A DNA stretch of 57,273 bases from an uncultured virus (IMG/VR IMGVR_UViG_3300025032_000461) (IMGVR_UViG_3300025032_000461); one strand, 5' to 3'. Positions 40,403 to 50,279 are shown, counted from the first letter of the stretch. Notes: generated from the sequence alone by a model not told the origin. A program made the numbers and translations.

Positions 40403-40882
40403 TTAAAAATTTTTAACCTTTTCAAAAACGCTGTAGGTAATATAATTTTTTAAATCCAATTCTTTATACATTTCTGAAAAGCTTTTGTTTTTCCAAAAAA
40501 CTTTCATCATTTCCACTAAATCTGTCGATTTAAATTTAAAAAGCTCTGCATAGGCCATTTGAGTTGTTTTGATTTTATCGAATTTTTCTGTTCCTAATAG
40601 ATAGTTAACTAACTCTACATTATTTCTCGTTACTGCTATCATCAGGAATTTACCCGATCTTAATACTGGGTCTACTTTTAGTTCTTTTACAAAATAATCA
40701 AACAATATAATATTGCCTTTATGAGCAGATAATGTTGCCAAACTATTTATTTCTAATTTAGACAAATCAATGCCTTTCTTACTTAATACATTAATAATAA
40801 AACTACTTTCTTTTTTAGCCCTTATTAACCTTTCAATATAATTTCCGAGATCAGATTTTACCAACTTTTTAGATATTTCCAT
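40403..40882 (-). CDS. Ankyrin-like protein ('..F' C-terminal class)
   Basis: SAHKGNIILFDYFV and AVTRNNVELVNYLL; ends KVKNF. Confidence 0.65.
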   Translation of the reverse strand: MEISKKLVKSDLGNYIERLIRAKKESSFIINVLSKKGIDLSKLEINSLATLSAHKGNIILFDYFVKELKVDPVLRSGKFLMIAVTRNNVELVNYLLGTEKFDKIKTTQMAYAELFKFKSTDLVEMMKVFWKNKSFSEMYKELDLKNYITYSVFEKVKNF

Positions 40883-40893
40883 TAAAAAAAACC

Positions 40894-41295
40894 TTATTTT
40901 TCAAATTTAAACCCAATACCGCATTCACTGTAAACGGCAATTTTACTAACATATAAGCAATCAGAAATATTACGACTAATATCTTTGTTGATTTTTTCCA
41001 AAAAACTAGCCTCGCTCACAGTATGATTACTTAAGTCTTCACTCATTAAAATTTTAGCATGACTAGAAAGTAAACTAATTGCAATAGTCTCTGTCAGTGA
41101 TGCTTTTATCATTTCTGTGTCAACACCTTTCTCATTAATAATGCCAGAACGCAATGCCTTTTCTATATCACATTTCTGGCTCTTTACATTTATATCTAAA
41201 TCAAATAGATAGTTCTTATTACTTATTCTTCTTCTCAAAACCATATTTTTTACAGAATAATCCACTGCTGTTTTTTTTTTGAAATTCCAAAACAT
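40894..41295 (-). CDS. Hypothetical protein
   Basis: GGAG RBS before MFWNF. Confidence 0.65.
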   Translation of the reverse strand: MFWNFKKKTAVDYSVKNMVLRRRISNKNYLFDLDINVKSQKCDIEKALRSGIINEKGVDTEMIKASLTETIAISLLSSHAKILMSEDLSNHTVSEASFLEKINKDISRNISDCLYVSKIAVYSECGIGFKFEK

Positions 41296-41437
41296 GTAAT
41301 ATCTCCGATTCTTAATTAAGTACATTATTGTATATTTTCTTTACGTAAAATACAAGCTATTTTCTAAATTTGTTGTTATGGTATTTTTCTAAATATGTTA
41401 TAATGGAATGATAAACAACAATATAAGATGAGAATTA

Positions 41438-43585
41438 ATGATGGATTATGATGATTATAACGATTATGGCGCAAGCGAAATCACAACATACATAACAGAT
41501 TTTACAGAAGATGAACGTATTATCAGATTTTTTGAAACACTAGCAGAATCTTCAACAGAAGGCGCTAAGGAAGCTAGTCAATTTAATCATTCAAGTAGTG
41601 ATATGGAAAAAGGACAAGATGCACTAAGTAGCATTGAATCACTTTATGAGGAATATCATGACCAAGTTGATTTCATTAAAATACTAGAAATTCCAGAGAA
41701 AAATGGTGGTGAAGATTATATCATATATCTTGAAAAATCCATTACTTACAAAGTATATAGAGAATTAATGCTTAAGGAAATAGCAGAGTATAACCCTCAT
41801 TTTACCCAATATATTAATGACAATAACGAACTATTATTGCACACTCTATTTCGTGACAAGATTGTGATTAATAACGCAGACAAAATAAAAAACATCAGTA
41901 ATACAGAAGCATTAACAGAATTCTTAATTGCCACTGGTATTTCTGCTAGCATTAATTTATTTCAACATAAATATAGATTAAAGCAAAGGGATGATGATAG
42001 TTTAACTGATTTTACTGAAAGTGAACAACAATATATAAATCATTATATCACTGAGCAATCACATAAATATTATCAAAATATCTTCGGTGATCCTCGTAGA
42101 TCTAGACCAGAAACTTTTACTATTGAAGCGAAATTTAATGAAATTATTCCATTTTTAAATACAATTGAGTTTTATAAAAAAAATGAAAAAAATATTTCAC
42201 AAAACACCGAATTTAATTTAGGTCAATATAGTAATGTAAAGGATCTTCATTATGCAATCACAACTAACACACTTATAGAACTCAATAAAAATAATATTAA
42301 TGAAGGACTAAACTTTAGACCTTCAAAAATAAATCAACTTCAAAATCACTTACTTAATATTTCCAAGAAAGAAATTCTTAATTTAAGCACTGATTTATCA
42401 AGAAGTAATATTCGCAGATATAATCAACTAACTACTAGTGTCGATACACTTAGTTTTTCAAATAAAATCATTGAAACATTCACTGAGTATAAAAAGTATG
42501 AAGCATTATTCAAAAATCACAAATCCTTACCAGAAGATCACCCTCTTTATTTTAATATTTTTGAACATGAGGATATAGAAAAAATAGATGATTTTTTTAA
42601 ATTTGCTATAGAAAGAAATCAAATAAAATTGTATGCCAAAAGGTTCCTAGGTTCTTACCTTAAATTAATGAATGAAAACTCTTATGATTTATTTAGAGTT
42701 ATTAAAGAAAAATGTCTAAAAAAAGAGGTCATTCGTAGTGAATTACAAAAAATAGCACTATTTAAAGACTCCAATACTCTCAATAATGCATTATTTAAGT
42801 TAATTGAACTCAATAGTCTCAGTGCATTAAGCACTATGTCTACCATTGAAAGTAAAAAACTTGATGTGGATGTTATAAAAAACAGTAGGGAACTCCTTAT
42901 TGTTGTTCCTAATAACTTTAATGCTTCAAGTACCCTCGGCTCCAACCAATGGTGTATTTCAAATTCCGCATATCATTTTAATCGATATTCCTCAAAAGAA
43001 GGTGGAACAAAACATGCTTTTATATATGATTTTACAAGAACTGAAAACGATCCTTTATCTAAAATAGCCATCACTGTTAACGCTGACCTAAAAATTACTG
43101 ATGCATTTAATAAAAATAACCGCAATATTCTCACTGATATTTATGCGTTACTTGCTGATAATACAATGACAACTATTATGAATGGCATTACTTATTTACA
43201 AGAAAATAATCAAAATTACTTGATTTTTAAAAACATCACTGAAAAAGAGGAATTAAATATCAATTCTATTACGAATAATTTAATTAATCCTATTGATTTC
43301 TATAATTATTTATTAACGACTGATAGGGGTGGAGACTTTCTTTCAAATAATGTACTATCAACTCTTCAAGCAACCGATATTATTAAGCATTCATTCGAGA
43401 CTGAGCCTAATGCTTTGGATAAAATATCTCAATTTAAAGTTGCTGTAGAAATGGCAGCACCAGAAATAAGCCTCAATGTAGAAGATATAATATTTAATTA
43501 TAAGAAAAATAAAGCAGATTTAGATAAATTTCTTACCAATAAAAATATTAACCCAATACAACGAGTCAATAAAATATCTCCATAA
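41438..43585 (+). CDS. 'LGSxxWCIS' domain protein, paralog 3
   Basis: KLYAKRFLGSY...FNASSTLGSNQWCIS...FIYDF...ITDAFNKNNRNI. Confidence 0.72.
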   Translation: MMDYDDYNDYGASEITTYITDFTEDERIIRFFETLAESSTEGAKEASQFNHSSSDMEKGQDALSSIESLYEEYHDQVDFIKILEIPEKNGGEDYIIYLEKSITYKVYRELMLKEIAEYNPHFTQYINDNNELLLHTLFRDKIVINNADKIKNISNTEALTEFLIATGISASINLFQHKYRLKQRDDDSLTDFTESEQQYINHYITEQSHKYYQNIFGDPRRSRPETFTIEAKFNEIIPFLNTIEFYKKNEKNISQNTEFNLGQYSNVKDLHYAITTNTLIELNKNNINEGLNFRPSKINQLQNHLLNISKKEILNLSTDLSRSNIRRYNQLTTSVDTLSFSNKIIETFTEYKKYEALFKNHKSLPEDHPLYFNIFEHEDIEKIDDFFKFAIERNQIKLYAKRFLGSYLKLMNENSYDLFRVIKEKCLKKEVIRSELQKIALFKDSNTLNNALFKLIELNSLSALSTMSTIESKKLDVDVIKNSRELLIVVPNNFNASSTLGSNQWCISNSAYHFNRYSSKEGGTKHAFIYDFTRTENDPLSKIAITVNADLKITDAFNKNNRNILTDIYALLADNTMTTIMNGITYLQENNQNYLIFKNITEKEELNINSITNNLINPIDFYNYLLTTDRGGDFLSNNVLSTLQATDIIKHSFETEPNALDKISQFKVAVEMAAPEISLNVEDIIFNYKKNKADLDKFLTNKNINPIQRVNKISP

Positions 43586-43685
43586 TATACTATAATATCA
43601 TAGTTGTTTTAATTATAATTATAACTTGCATACCCCATTACATTGCTATATAATATTCTAAAATAATAGGAGTCCTTTTTTTTTT

Positions 43686-44717
43686 ATGAGTAATAAACAA
43701 CTTAAGTTATTATTAAATAATATTAATAGTGAAGCTGAAAAATCAAAAAACAATAAAGAATTATTACAATCAGTTGCTCTTGCTATTGATTATGGCAAAC
43801 CAATTAAATTTAACCTAAATGCGGCCATTTCGATAATGTTCTCTAATGTTATTTTGGGTTCCATTGGAACGTACTTACTATTAACCGAATTACTTAAAGA
43901 GGTCAATGAGTGGTTTATTATTAGCTTTGTAGCAGCCAATGTTGTATCATTATTTTATTTCACTTATTTTTGCTTTTCAAAAAATGACCTTATTAATAAT
44001 ATTAGTGAATATATTGTAAAAAAAGACACATTACAAGATAATGACATTCTGGAAATTGATTTGAATAACTCTATATTTAAGGGATCAAAAAATATACAGA
44101 ATGAATTTCAAGAATTTAATAGAGGAAATTATTCAAGACATTTCTCAAATGCATTTTTAGTCAAAAAAGAAAGTACATTAACTAACAAATCTCTCTTTCT
44201 TTATCAGTTCCACTATGTTGATAAACAAACAATACAAGTTCCAGTTACATCAACTAATGCACAAGGCCAAACAACTACAACAATGACAACTCAAACAATA
44301 TATCATCATTATAATCGATATGGTATTATTTATGACCTGCTTTTAGCAAAAAATATCAAAGTATTAAGCGATAAAACACCCAATAATTCTGTTGAATACA
44401 ATTCTTCTTCAATTGAATTCTCTGAGCAATTTAATGTTGGTGCTAATTCGGAGCTAGAAGCAGCGAAGTTTTTAAAACCGCCAATTATTGAACTTATCTT
44501 AAAGATCAATAATCTTATTTCCAGTCCAAACATTGAAATTAATCGGAATGGTCTTATGTGCTTATCATTCAACGATAGTGATCTATGGAAAGCTAAGACA
44601 ACAAAAACTCTGTCAGAGCCACAATTGTTTTATGATGAGCTATCACAACATGCAGAATTAAATAAACTAGAATCTCTTTTATCTTGTATTACTCAACTTG
44701 AAACCAAACTTTCATAA
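43686..44717 (+). CDS. LemA-associated membrane protein (DUF3137-like)
   Basis: Two TM helices, F.EF.RGNYSR, SS.EF...F.V and AAKFLKP; directly upstream of lemA. Confidence 0.7.
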   Translation: MSNKQLKLLLNNINSEAEKSKNNKELLQSVALAIDYGKPIKFNLNAAISIMFSNVILGSIGTYLLLTELLKEVNEWFIISFVAANVVSLFYFTYFCFSKNDLINNISEYIVKKDTLQDNDILEIDLNNSIFKGSKNIQNEFQEFNRGNYSRHFSNAFLVKKESTLTNKSLFLYQFHYVDKQTIQVPVTSTNAQGQTTTTMTTQTIYHHYNRYGIIYDLLLAKNIKVLSDKTPNNSVEYNSSSIEFSEQFNVGANSELEAAKFLKPPIIELILKINNLISSPNIEINRNGLMCLSFNDSDLWKAKTTKTLSEPQLFYDELSQHAELNKLESLLSCITQLETKLS

Positions 44718-44745
44718 TTAATTATTTTAAATAAGGAAAAAAAAT

Positions 44746-45327
44746 ATGTCAACATTAGCAATCACTTTTTCAACATTAGGCTTTATTCTTCTCGCAATCT
44801 TCTTATATTTCATTGCAATTCGCAATGGGATCATAAACTACAAAAATAAAGTAAAACGCTCATGGTCTGATGTATTAGTTTACGAGCAACAGAAAAACAA
44901 AACCATACCAAAGCTTGAAGAAATTACAAAACAATTCAGTAATTACGAAAAAGATTTTCAATCTAAGATTGTCGAATTAAGAAATTCAAGACAAGAACTT
45001 TCAGAAGACAAAATAGATATTAATAAGCTCAAAGAAGTCAATCAACGATCAGAAGAATTATTAAAGGCAATTAACATTACAGTTGAGAATTATCCAGAGT
45101 TAAAAGCAGGATCTGCATTCTCAAAACTTATGTCTGAGGTTATTGAGCAGCAAGATAACATTAGTTCTGCCATTAGACTATTTAATAATAACGTTGAGAT
45201 CTTCAATACTAATATTCAAATTTTTCCAAACAACATTGCAAACAATATATTTAATAAAGAAGATCAACTATCCATGTTTAAGACAGATGTAGGTTCTGAA
45301 AGTGGATTTACACCAGATTTTAAGTGA
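44746..45327 (+). CDS. lemA: LemA family protein
   Basis: N-terminal TM, VKRSWSDV, VENYPELKA, RLFNNNVEIFNTNIQIFPNN. Confidence 0.9.
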   Translation: MSTLAITFSTLGFILLAIFLYFIAIRNGIINYKNKVKRSWSDVLVYEQQKNKTIPKLEEITKQFSNYEKDFQSKIVELRNSRQELSEDKIDINKLKEVNQRSEELLKAINITVENYPELKAGSAFSKLMSEVIEQQDNISSAIRLFNNNVEIFNTNIQIFPNNIANNIFNKEDQLSMFKTDVGSESGFTPDFK

Positions 45328-45440
45328 ATAACCACACCCTAAAGGATGTGACTTCTCATTGAAGCCAAATTCTCAGGACTCAAGTTGCTTCGGCTTCTTG
45401 TGGTTATTTTAATCCCACTTTTTAGTTGAAAAACTAAAAT
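45324..45440 (-). ncRNA. IS200/IS605-superfamily (TnpB) right-end / omegaRNA-like structured element without tnpB
   Basis: The minus strand ends GAAGTCACATCC-TTTA-GGGTGTGGTTATTCAC, matching the typical tnpB right-end pattern GAAGccc..CCTTTAGG..gggtagTTCAC. Additional stems: GAAGCCGAA/TTTGGCTTC and TTTTAGTT/AACTAAAA. Confidence 0.65.
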
Positions 45441-45561
45441 ATGATATATTTTAAGAAAAATAGTGCATTATTACCTTAAACCATTTCAATTTTTACTTAC
45501 CCATATATTGAATATCACTTTATTAATGCTATATTTACTTATAACAATATAAGGAAATAAT

Positions 45562-46461
45562 ATGTTTTTAAAAAAAATAAATATACCAAACACTCATATC
45601 AGAGTTAACGCTAAAAATCTTGAAGATTATGAGAAAAAAACTCATGATTTCATTTCAACAATAAAAAAAGATTTTAAATACAACTATATAGAATTTAGAT
45701 CTGATGAAAAAAATGTAGATCAAAAGCTTGATAACGGACTTATTGTTAATAATGATAATAAGTTTTTAAATTTAAAAGATTATTACTCTATATATTCCTT
45801 AATTACAATATTTGTTAAAAACAATAAACAATATAGTTTTAATCCAGAATTCAGCCACTTCTTAGTTAACTTACTAAAAAGTATATATCCGTCAATTTTA
45901 TTAAAAATATCAACTCTCAATTCCATATCAATTAATGACATCCTATCTTTAATTCAAAACCATAGAAGTCTTAATGCAAAATATGACACTTACCTAACAA
46001 AAGATTACTCTGAAGATGAAATCTTGGATGCTTATGATGAAAATATTTGTTTTTTCAATTTAGATAAAATACTAAATGACATGAAATTAACCGATTTCAA
46101 CATAACCCATGCAGATATAAAATATGAAAATCTCTCACTCATTAAGCAGCCTATTCACTTTACCAATGTTGATTATTTTTACAAAGAAGTTATTTTTCTT
46201 GCAATAGCATTAAGGGTAATTTATACACGCAGTGTTGCCAGCCTTTATAAAACCAAAAAGTATGAATTAGTTCAAGTCGATTTAGCCTCAAGAAAAGAGC
46301 TGTTTATTATACTTAATGATCACATAGGTGCAGAATTACCTTCCCCTTCTCATTACGCCCAATTAAGAGCAGTAGGTATTAGGCTTATTTATCCAAATCT
46401 TAAAAATACTTGTTGTACAAATAAAGAATATCTCGCTAACACTATTATTGCCGATCTTTAA
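45562..46461 (+). CDS. Hypothetical protein
   Basis: AAGGA RBS; 299 aa. Confidence 0.7.
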   Translation: MFLKKINIPNTHIRVNAKNLEDYEKKTHDFISTIKKDFKYNYIEFRSDEKNVDQKLDNGLIVNNDNKFLNLKDYYSIYSLITIFVKNNKQYSFNPEFSHFLVNLLKSIYPSILLKISTLNSISINDILSLIQNHRSLNAKYDTYLTKDYSEDEILDAYDENICFFNLDKILNDMKLTDFNITHADIKYENLSLIKQPIHFTNVDYFYKEVIFLAIALRVIYTRSVASLYKTKKYELVQVDLASRKELFIILNDHIGAELPSPSHYAQLRAVGIRLIYPNLKNTCCTNKEYLANTIIADL

Positions 46462-46600
46462 TTAACAAAAAAAATAGAAAAATTAAGCATATTAGTCTAT
46501 CTATTGGTTGCAGTTTTTCAATTAATATAATCAAAAAAAACTCCTTATTGACTTTCCCTAAAATAACCATACAATAAGACTACTTTAATAAGGAGCTATT

Positions 46601-47038
46601 ATGATCGGTTATTCTGAAGAAAAATATGATGTAACAAAACATCTTACAACAATACATAATGGCATTAAGCAAATTACAGAAATTAGAGTGCCTAAACCTG
46701 CTATTTTTGACCCGATAATGCAAAAAAATATACATCTTATGGAGAAGAAATACAACTACATAACTTGCGATGAGAATACCCTCCCATATATATCAATTTC
46801 ATTAATTAATAATGAGAATGTTGAAATACTCGATATTCTCCTTATTTATCATTGTTCTGACAAAAATAATAAATGGAATAAAAAAAATGACCTTGAAAAA
46901 AAAGAACTAATGATGGAAGATTGGAATAACATTAATCATCTAAAAAGTGATTTTATACTAAAAAATGCTAATGCTTATGAGCGCATTGAATTTCATACCA
47001 CTGGATTTACAAAAGATGGGTTTACCACTATGTATTAA
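46601..47038 (+). CDS. Hypothetical protein
   Basis: TTGACT...TACAAT promoter and AAGGAG RBS. Confidence 0.7.
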   Translation: MIGYSEEKYDVTKHLTTIHNGIKQITEIRVPKPAIFDPIMQKNIHLMEKKYNYITCDENTLPYISISLINNENVEILDILLIYHCSDKNNKWNKKNDLEKKELMMEDWNNINHLKSDFILKNANAYERIEFHTTGFTKDGFTTMY

Positions 47039-47094
47039 TTTTACAAATTAATATCAATACATAACATAATAATTATTAATTTAAGGAATTAATT

Positions 47095-47823
47095 TTGAAA
47101 AAACATATTTTAGAGGTCATTGAAGATGAAATGCTAATTAAGAACCTATATCATAAAGTTCAGAAAGTTAAGAAAAAAGTTATTTATTTTAACAATAAAA
47201 TCAATAAAAGCAAAAATAAGTTATATGGTTATATTTTTCTTGGACTTTGCATTTACCCTTCATATCTACTTTTTAGTTTAATATACAATAGTAATTTTGA
47301 AGTTAACACTGTTAGCATATCTTACATTGCATTAATTTTTTTTACTACAATTATATTTAATGGCGGCTTATCATTAATTTTACGAAACCTTATTATTGAA
47401 AAAACAAATAAGCCTTTTAAATTAAATAAAAAATGCGATCTAGAAAAACAATTTTTACACTCTAAAACTACGTATAACCAAAGATTAACCAATTTCTTAT
47501 TGACCTTCGAAAAAACACTTCTCATTCATGAGGCAGATTATTTAAAAAATTGGTATCTCTCTCAATACAAAGACGAAGATGCAGCCTATTACAATATTCT
47601 TTCTTGGGGAATTTATAATTCAACTCCTGAAATATTAATTAGTAATATGGAGCTTATTTCATTTAAAATTAAAGACAAATTTAACCTAGAAATACAAGAA
47701 AAACTATTTAATTCAATTCAGGAGGTTATTGAGAAAGGAAAGATAAAAATAATAGAACCTCCCAATCATCTCTTTAAAAATAATATTAAAAACAAAAACA
47801 AAATTATTGTCAAACAAATTTAA
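47095..47823 (+). CDS. Two-TM membrane protein, 'K/RQI' family member 1
   Basis: Two TM helices; ends IIVKQI; similar to 48262 and 49035. Confidence 0.7.
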   Translation: MKKHILEVIEDEMLIKNLYHKVQKVKKKVIYFNNKINKSKNKLYGYIFLGLCIYPSYLLFSLIYNSNFEVNTVSISYIALIFFTTIIFNGGLSLILRNLIIEKTNKPFKLNKKCDLEKQFLHSKTTYNQRLTNFLLTFEKTLLIHEADYLKNWYLSQYKDEDAAYYNILSWGIYNSTPEILISNMELISFKIKDKFNLEIQEKLFNSIQEVIEKGKIKIIEPPNHLFKNNIKNKNKIIVKQI

Positions 47824-47906
47824 TCTATATTATATTAAAGAGTAGATTTTTATATTTTCCACATTAAGGTTAATGCTTAATGTTTAATTTTAGATTAATT
47901 AATTGA

Positions 47907-48212
47907 TTACTTAAAGAGCATATTGTATGATATATCACCATCTCTTAATTGAGCCATTAAGAACATCATCTCTTCTGGGCTTCTACTTATATTGCAGCCG
48001 AAATTATTAAACCAGTCAACAACATGATTTGAACCATTTTTCTGTTGTTCCACTGCGTGTCCAAAAAAACACTGCTTATCCTTGTAGAAGTCCATTGTTG
48101 ACATTACCTCACCATTATACCAGTTGTTGGTTTTAAATGTCCTAACACTACTCAATATATGCTCTCTATTGGTTTTTAAAAACCACTCTCTTAACTCCAT
48201 ACTTATTTTCAT
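47907..48212 (-). CDS. Hypothetical protein
   Basis: AAGGA RBS; 101 aa. Confidence 0.65.
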   Translation of the reverse strand: MKISMELREWFLKTNREHILSSVRTFKTNNWYNGEVMSTMDFYKDKQCFFGHAVEQQKNGSNHVVDWFNNFGCNISRSPEEMMFLMAQLRDGDISYNMLFK

Positions 48213-48261
48213 TTTTTTCCTTACTAAATTACAACAATATTGTTACTCAATATGTTAAATA

Positions 48262-49002
48262 TTATATTTGCCTAACTTTATTAACCATTATTTTTCTAGA
48301 GTTTTCTATTACATTATTTGCCTCATTAATGATTTTTGAATTATAAGTAATATTAATTTTACCTTCTGCCTTTAGCATATATATATTTATTAATTCAGCT
48401 TGAACTTCTTCATCCTTAATAAAGTCAATTAATTTAAAAATATTATCTTTATTTGCCTTTAAATCATCCACTTCATGACATTCCATATATTCCTCTAAAT
48501 AATATAATATATTATGGTCATACATATTAAATTCAACATGACTTAATGAGCCTACGTTCAATATTTCCTTCTCAATATCAGTTAATTTATCAAAATAATT
48601 ATTTATCATTATCTGCGATTTTAAATCAATACTACCATTATTATTTATTTTCTTCAGTAAAAAATTTTCATTATTATCGCATTTCCTATAAAAAGAACCT
48701 TTTACATTGTTCATAATTTTATTAGTAAAAAAATTCTTATTAAAAATTGTCTCTGCCATAATAACAGCATTAATTAAAATAGTCACACTAATAATAGTTT
48801 TAAAAAATATATTATCAAATAATTCTACCGTATCTATTTCTAACAATATAAAAAGGGGAATCATAAATAATAATAGAGTAGGTATTATAAACAACAAGTT
48901 CATTAAATGGTTTTTTTTATTTATTTTCTCAAAAATACCATCTATAGAGTTCTTTAACTCCCCTATTTTTTCCAAATTATTAGCCAAATTAGATATTTTC
49001 AT
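48262..49002 (-). CDS. Two-TM membrane protein, 'K/RQI' family member 2
   Basis: Clear paralog of 49035 (LANNL, KNFF.N.IMN.V, YLEEY, NKD.IFK.ID); ends KVRQI. Confidence 0.75.
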   Translation of the reverse strand: MKISNLANNLEKIGELKNSIDGIFEKINKKNHLMNLLFIIPTLLLFMIPLFILLEIDTVELFDNIFFKTIISVTILINAVIMAETIFNKNFFTNKIMNNVKGSFYRKCDNNENFLLKKINNNGSIDLKSQIMINNYFDKLTDIEKEILNVGSLSHVEFNMYDHNILYYLEEYMECHEVDDLKANKDNIFKLIDFIKDEEVQAELINIYMLKAEGKINITYNSKIINEANNVIENSRKIMVNKVRQI

Positions 49003-49034
49003 ATTTACTTCCCCTACCTCTATTTTACATTAAA

Positions 49035-49748
49035 TTATATTTGTTTGATTTTACCAGCCATTTTGTTTTTCAATAAATTATTTGCTATATTAACAACTTC
49101 GGAACTATATATTCCATATAAATCATCTTTTATGTTTTCTACTTTTCTCATATATAAATTAATTAAATCTTCCTGTTCTTCTTCATACTCTATATGATCG
49201 ATTATTTTAAAAATATAATCCTTGTTTTTTACTAGCGTTTTAATTTCGTTACCCGCAATATACTCTTCTAAATAGTTCACTAGCTCAAAATCATATACCT
49301 TAAAATAAGTATTACCTATCACTCCAAATTCAAGTAACTCTTTTTCTATATCACTCATTTCGTCAAAAAAAACATTTAGCATTTTCTCAGATTTTACATC
49401 AATTTGCCTATTATTTTCTACAACACTCTTTATTATACAATTCTCGAACTTATTTTTTTTATAAAAAAAACTCCTTACTTTATTCATGATATTATTAATA
49501 AAAAAATTTTTTTCAGATAATACAAAAATTACACTCAACACATAAGTTGAGATTAGCATTCCAATAAAAAATTTATTTAATAAACCATTAAAAGATAAAA
49601 GAATTAATACAGCCAATGACATTAAAGGGATTAATAACGATATATTTATTAGGTGATTTCTATGATTTACTTTCTTAAGAATATCCTCTAACTTTTTTTC
49701 TAAATAATATATCTCATCTAAATTATTTGCCAATTTTTTTATTTCCAT
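49035..49748 (-). CDS. Two-TM membrane protein, 'K/RQI' family member 3
   Basis: Paralog of 48262; ends KIKQI. Confidence 0.75.
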   Translation of the reverse strand: MEIKKLANNLDEIYYLEKKLEDILKKVNHRNHLINISLLIPLMSLAVLILLSFNGLLNKFFIGMLISTYVLSVIFVLSEKNFFINNIMNKVRSFFYKKNKFENCIIKSVVENNRQIDVKSEKMLNVFFDEMSDIEKELLEFGVIGNTYFKVYDFELVNYLEEYIAGNEIKTLVKNKDYIFKIIDHIEYEEEQEDLINLYMRKVENIKDDLYGIYSSEVVNIANNLLKNKMAGKIKQI

Positions 49749-49774
49749 CTTTTATTTCTCCTAAATAACATACT

Positions 49775-50107
49775 TTAAACTAATAATGAATTAAAATAAT
49801 CAGACTCCAAACACTCTCTCATTTCATCTTTAAATTTTTCTGATTGATAGGTGTCTGAGTAAAATTGGTTGGTTTTTTTATTACAATATTTTGCAGATTT
49901 ACGATTATTGTTGTTTTTATATTTTTTCTTGTTTGTCGCATAAAATGGAATAAATAATGTAAACCACTCCAATAAAACCTCTTCCGATTCTGTCTTATGA
50001 TTATAATTTTTAAATTCAATTAAAACTCTCTTATTTCCACGCTTTAGTAATTTTGCCTTACTTCCTCTACCCAATTTACCGTCTTCAAAGATTAATACTT
50101 TTTTCAT
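49775..50107 (-). CDS. Hypothetical basic protein
   Basis: GGAG RBS before MKKVLIF. Confidence 0.6.
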   Translation of the reverse strand: MKKVLIFEDGKLGRGSKAKLLKRGNKRVLIEFKNYNHKTESEEVLLEWFTLFIPFYATNKKKYKNNNNRKSAKYCNKKTNQFYSDTYQSEKFKDEMRECLESDYFNSLLV

Positions 50108-50279
50108 TTTAATAAAGCTCCGCAAAATTATTATTAAAGATAATATTACAATCTAAATGAGTATAAGTCAATATTTATTTCAACACAAATAGCAATCAGT
50201 ATAAGTATTTAACATAATTTTCCATTGACACAATATATTGCTTATGCAATAATTACGTATATTTTATAGGAATAAAAAA

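Noticed and set aside
657..49033. Numerous 60-135-aa ORFs overlapping longer genes in other frames or strands
   Set aside because: These are shadow ORFs with no RBS or motifs, lying within well-supported CDSs.
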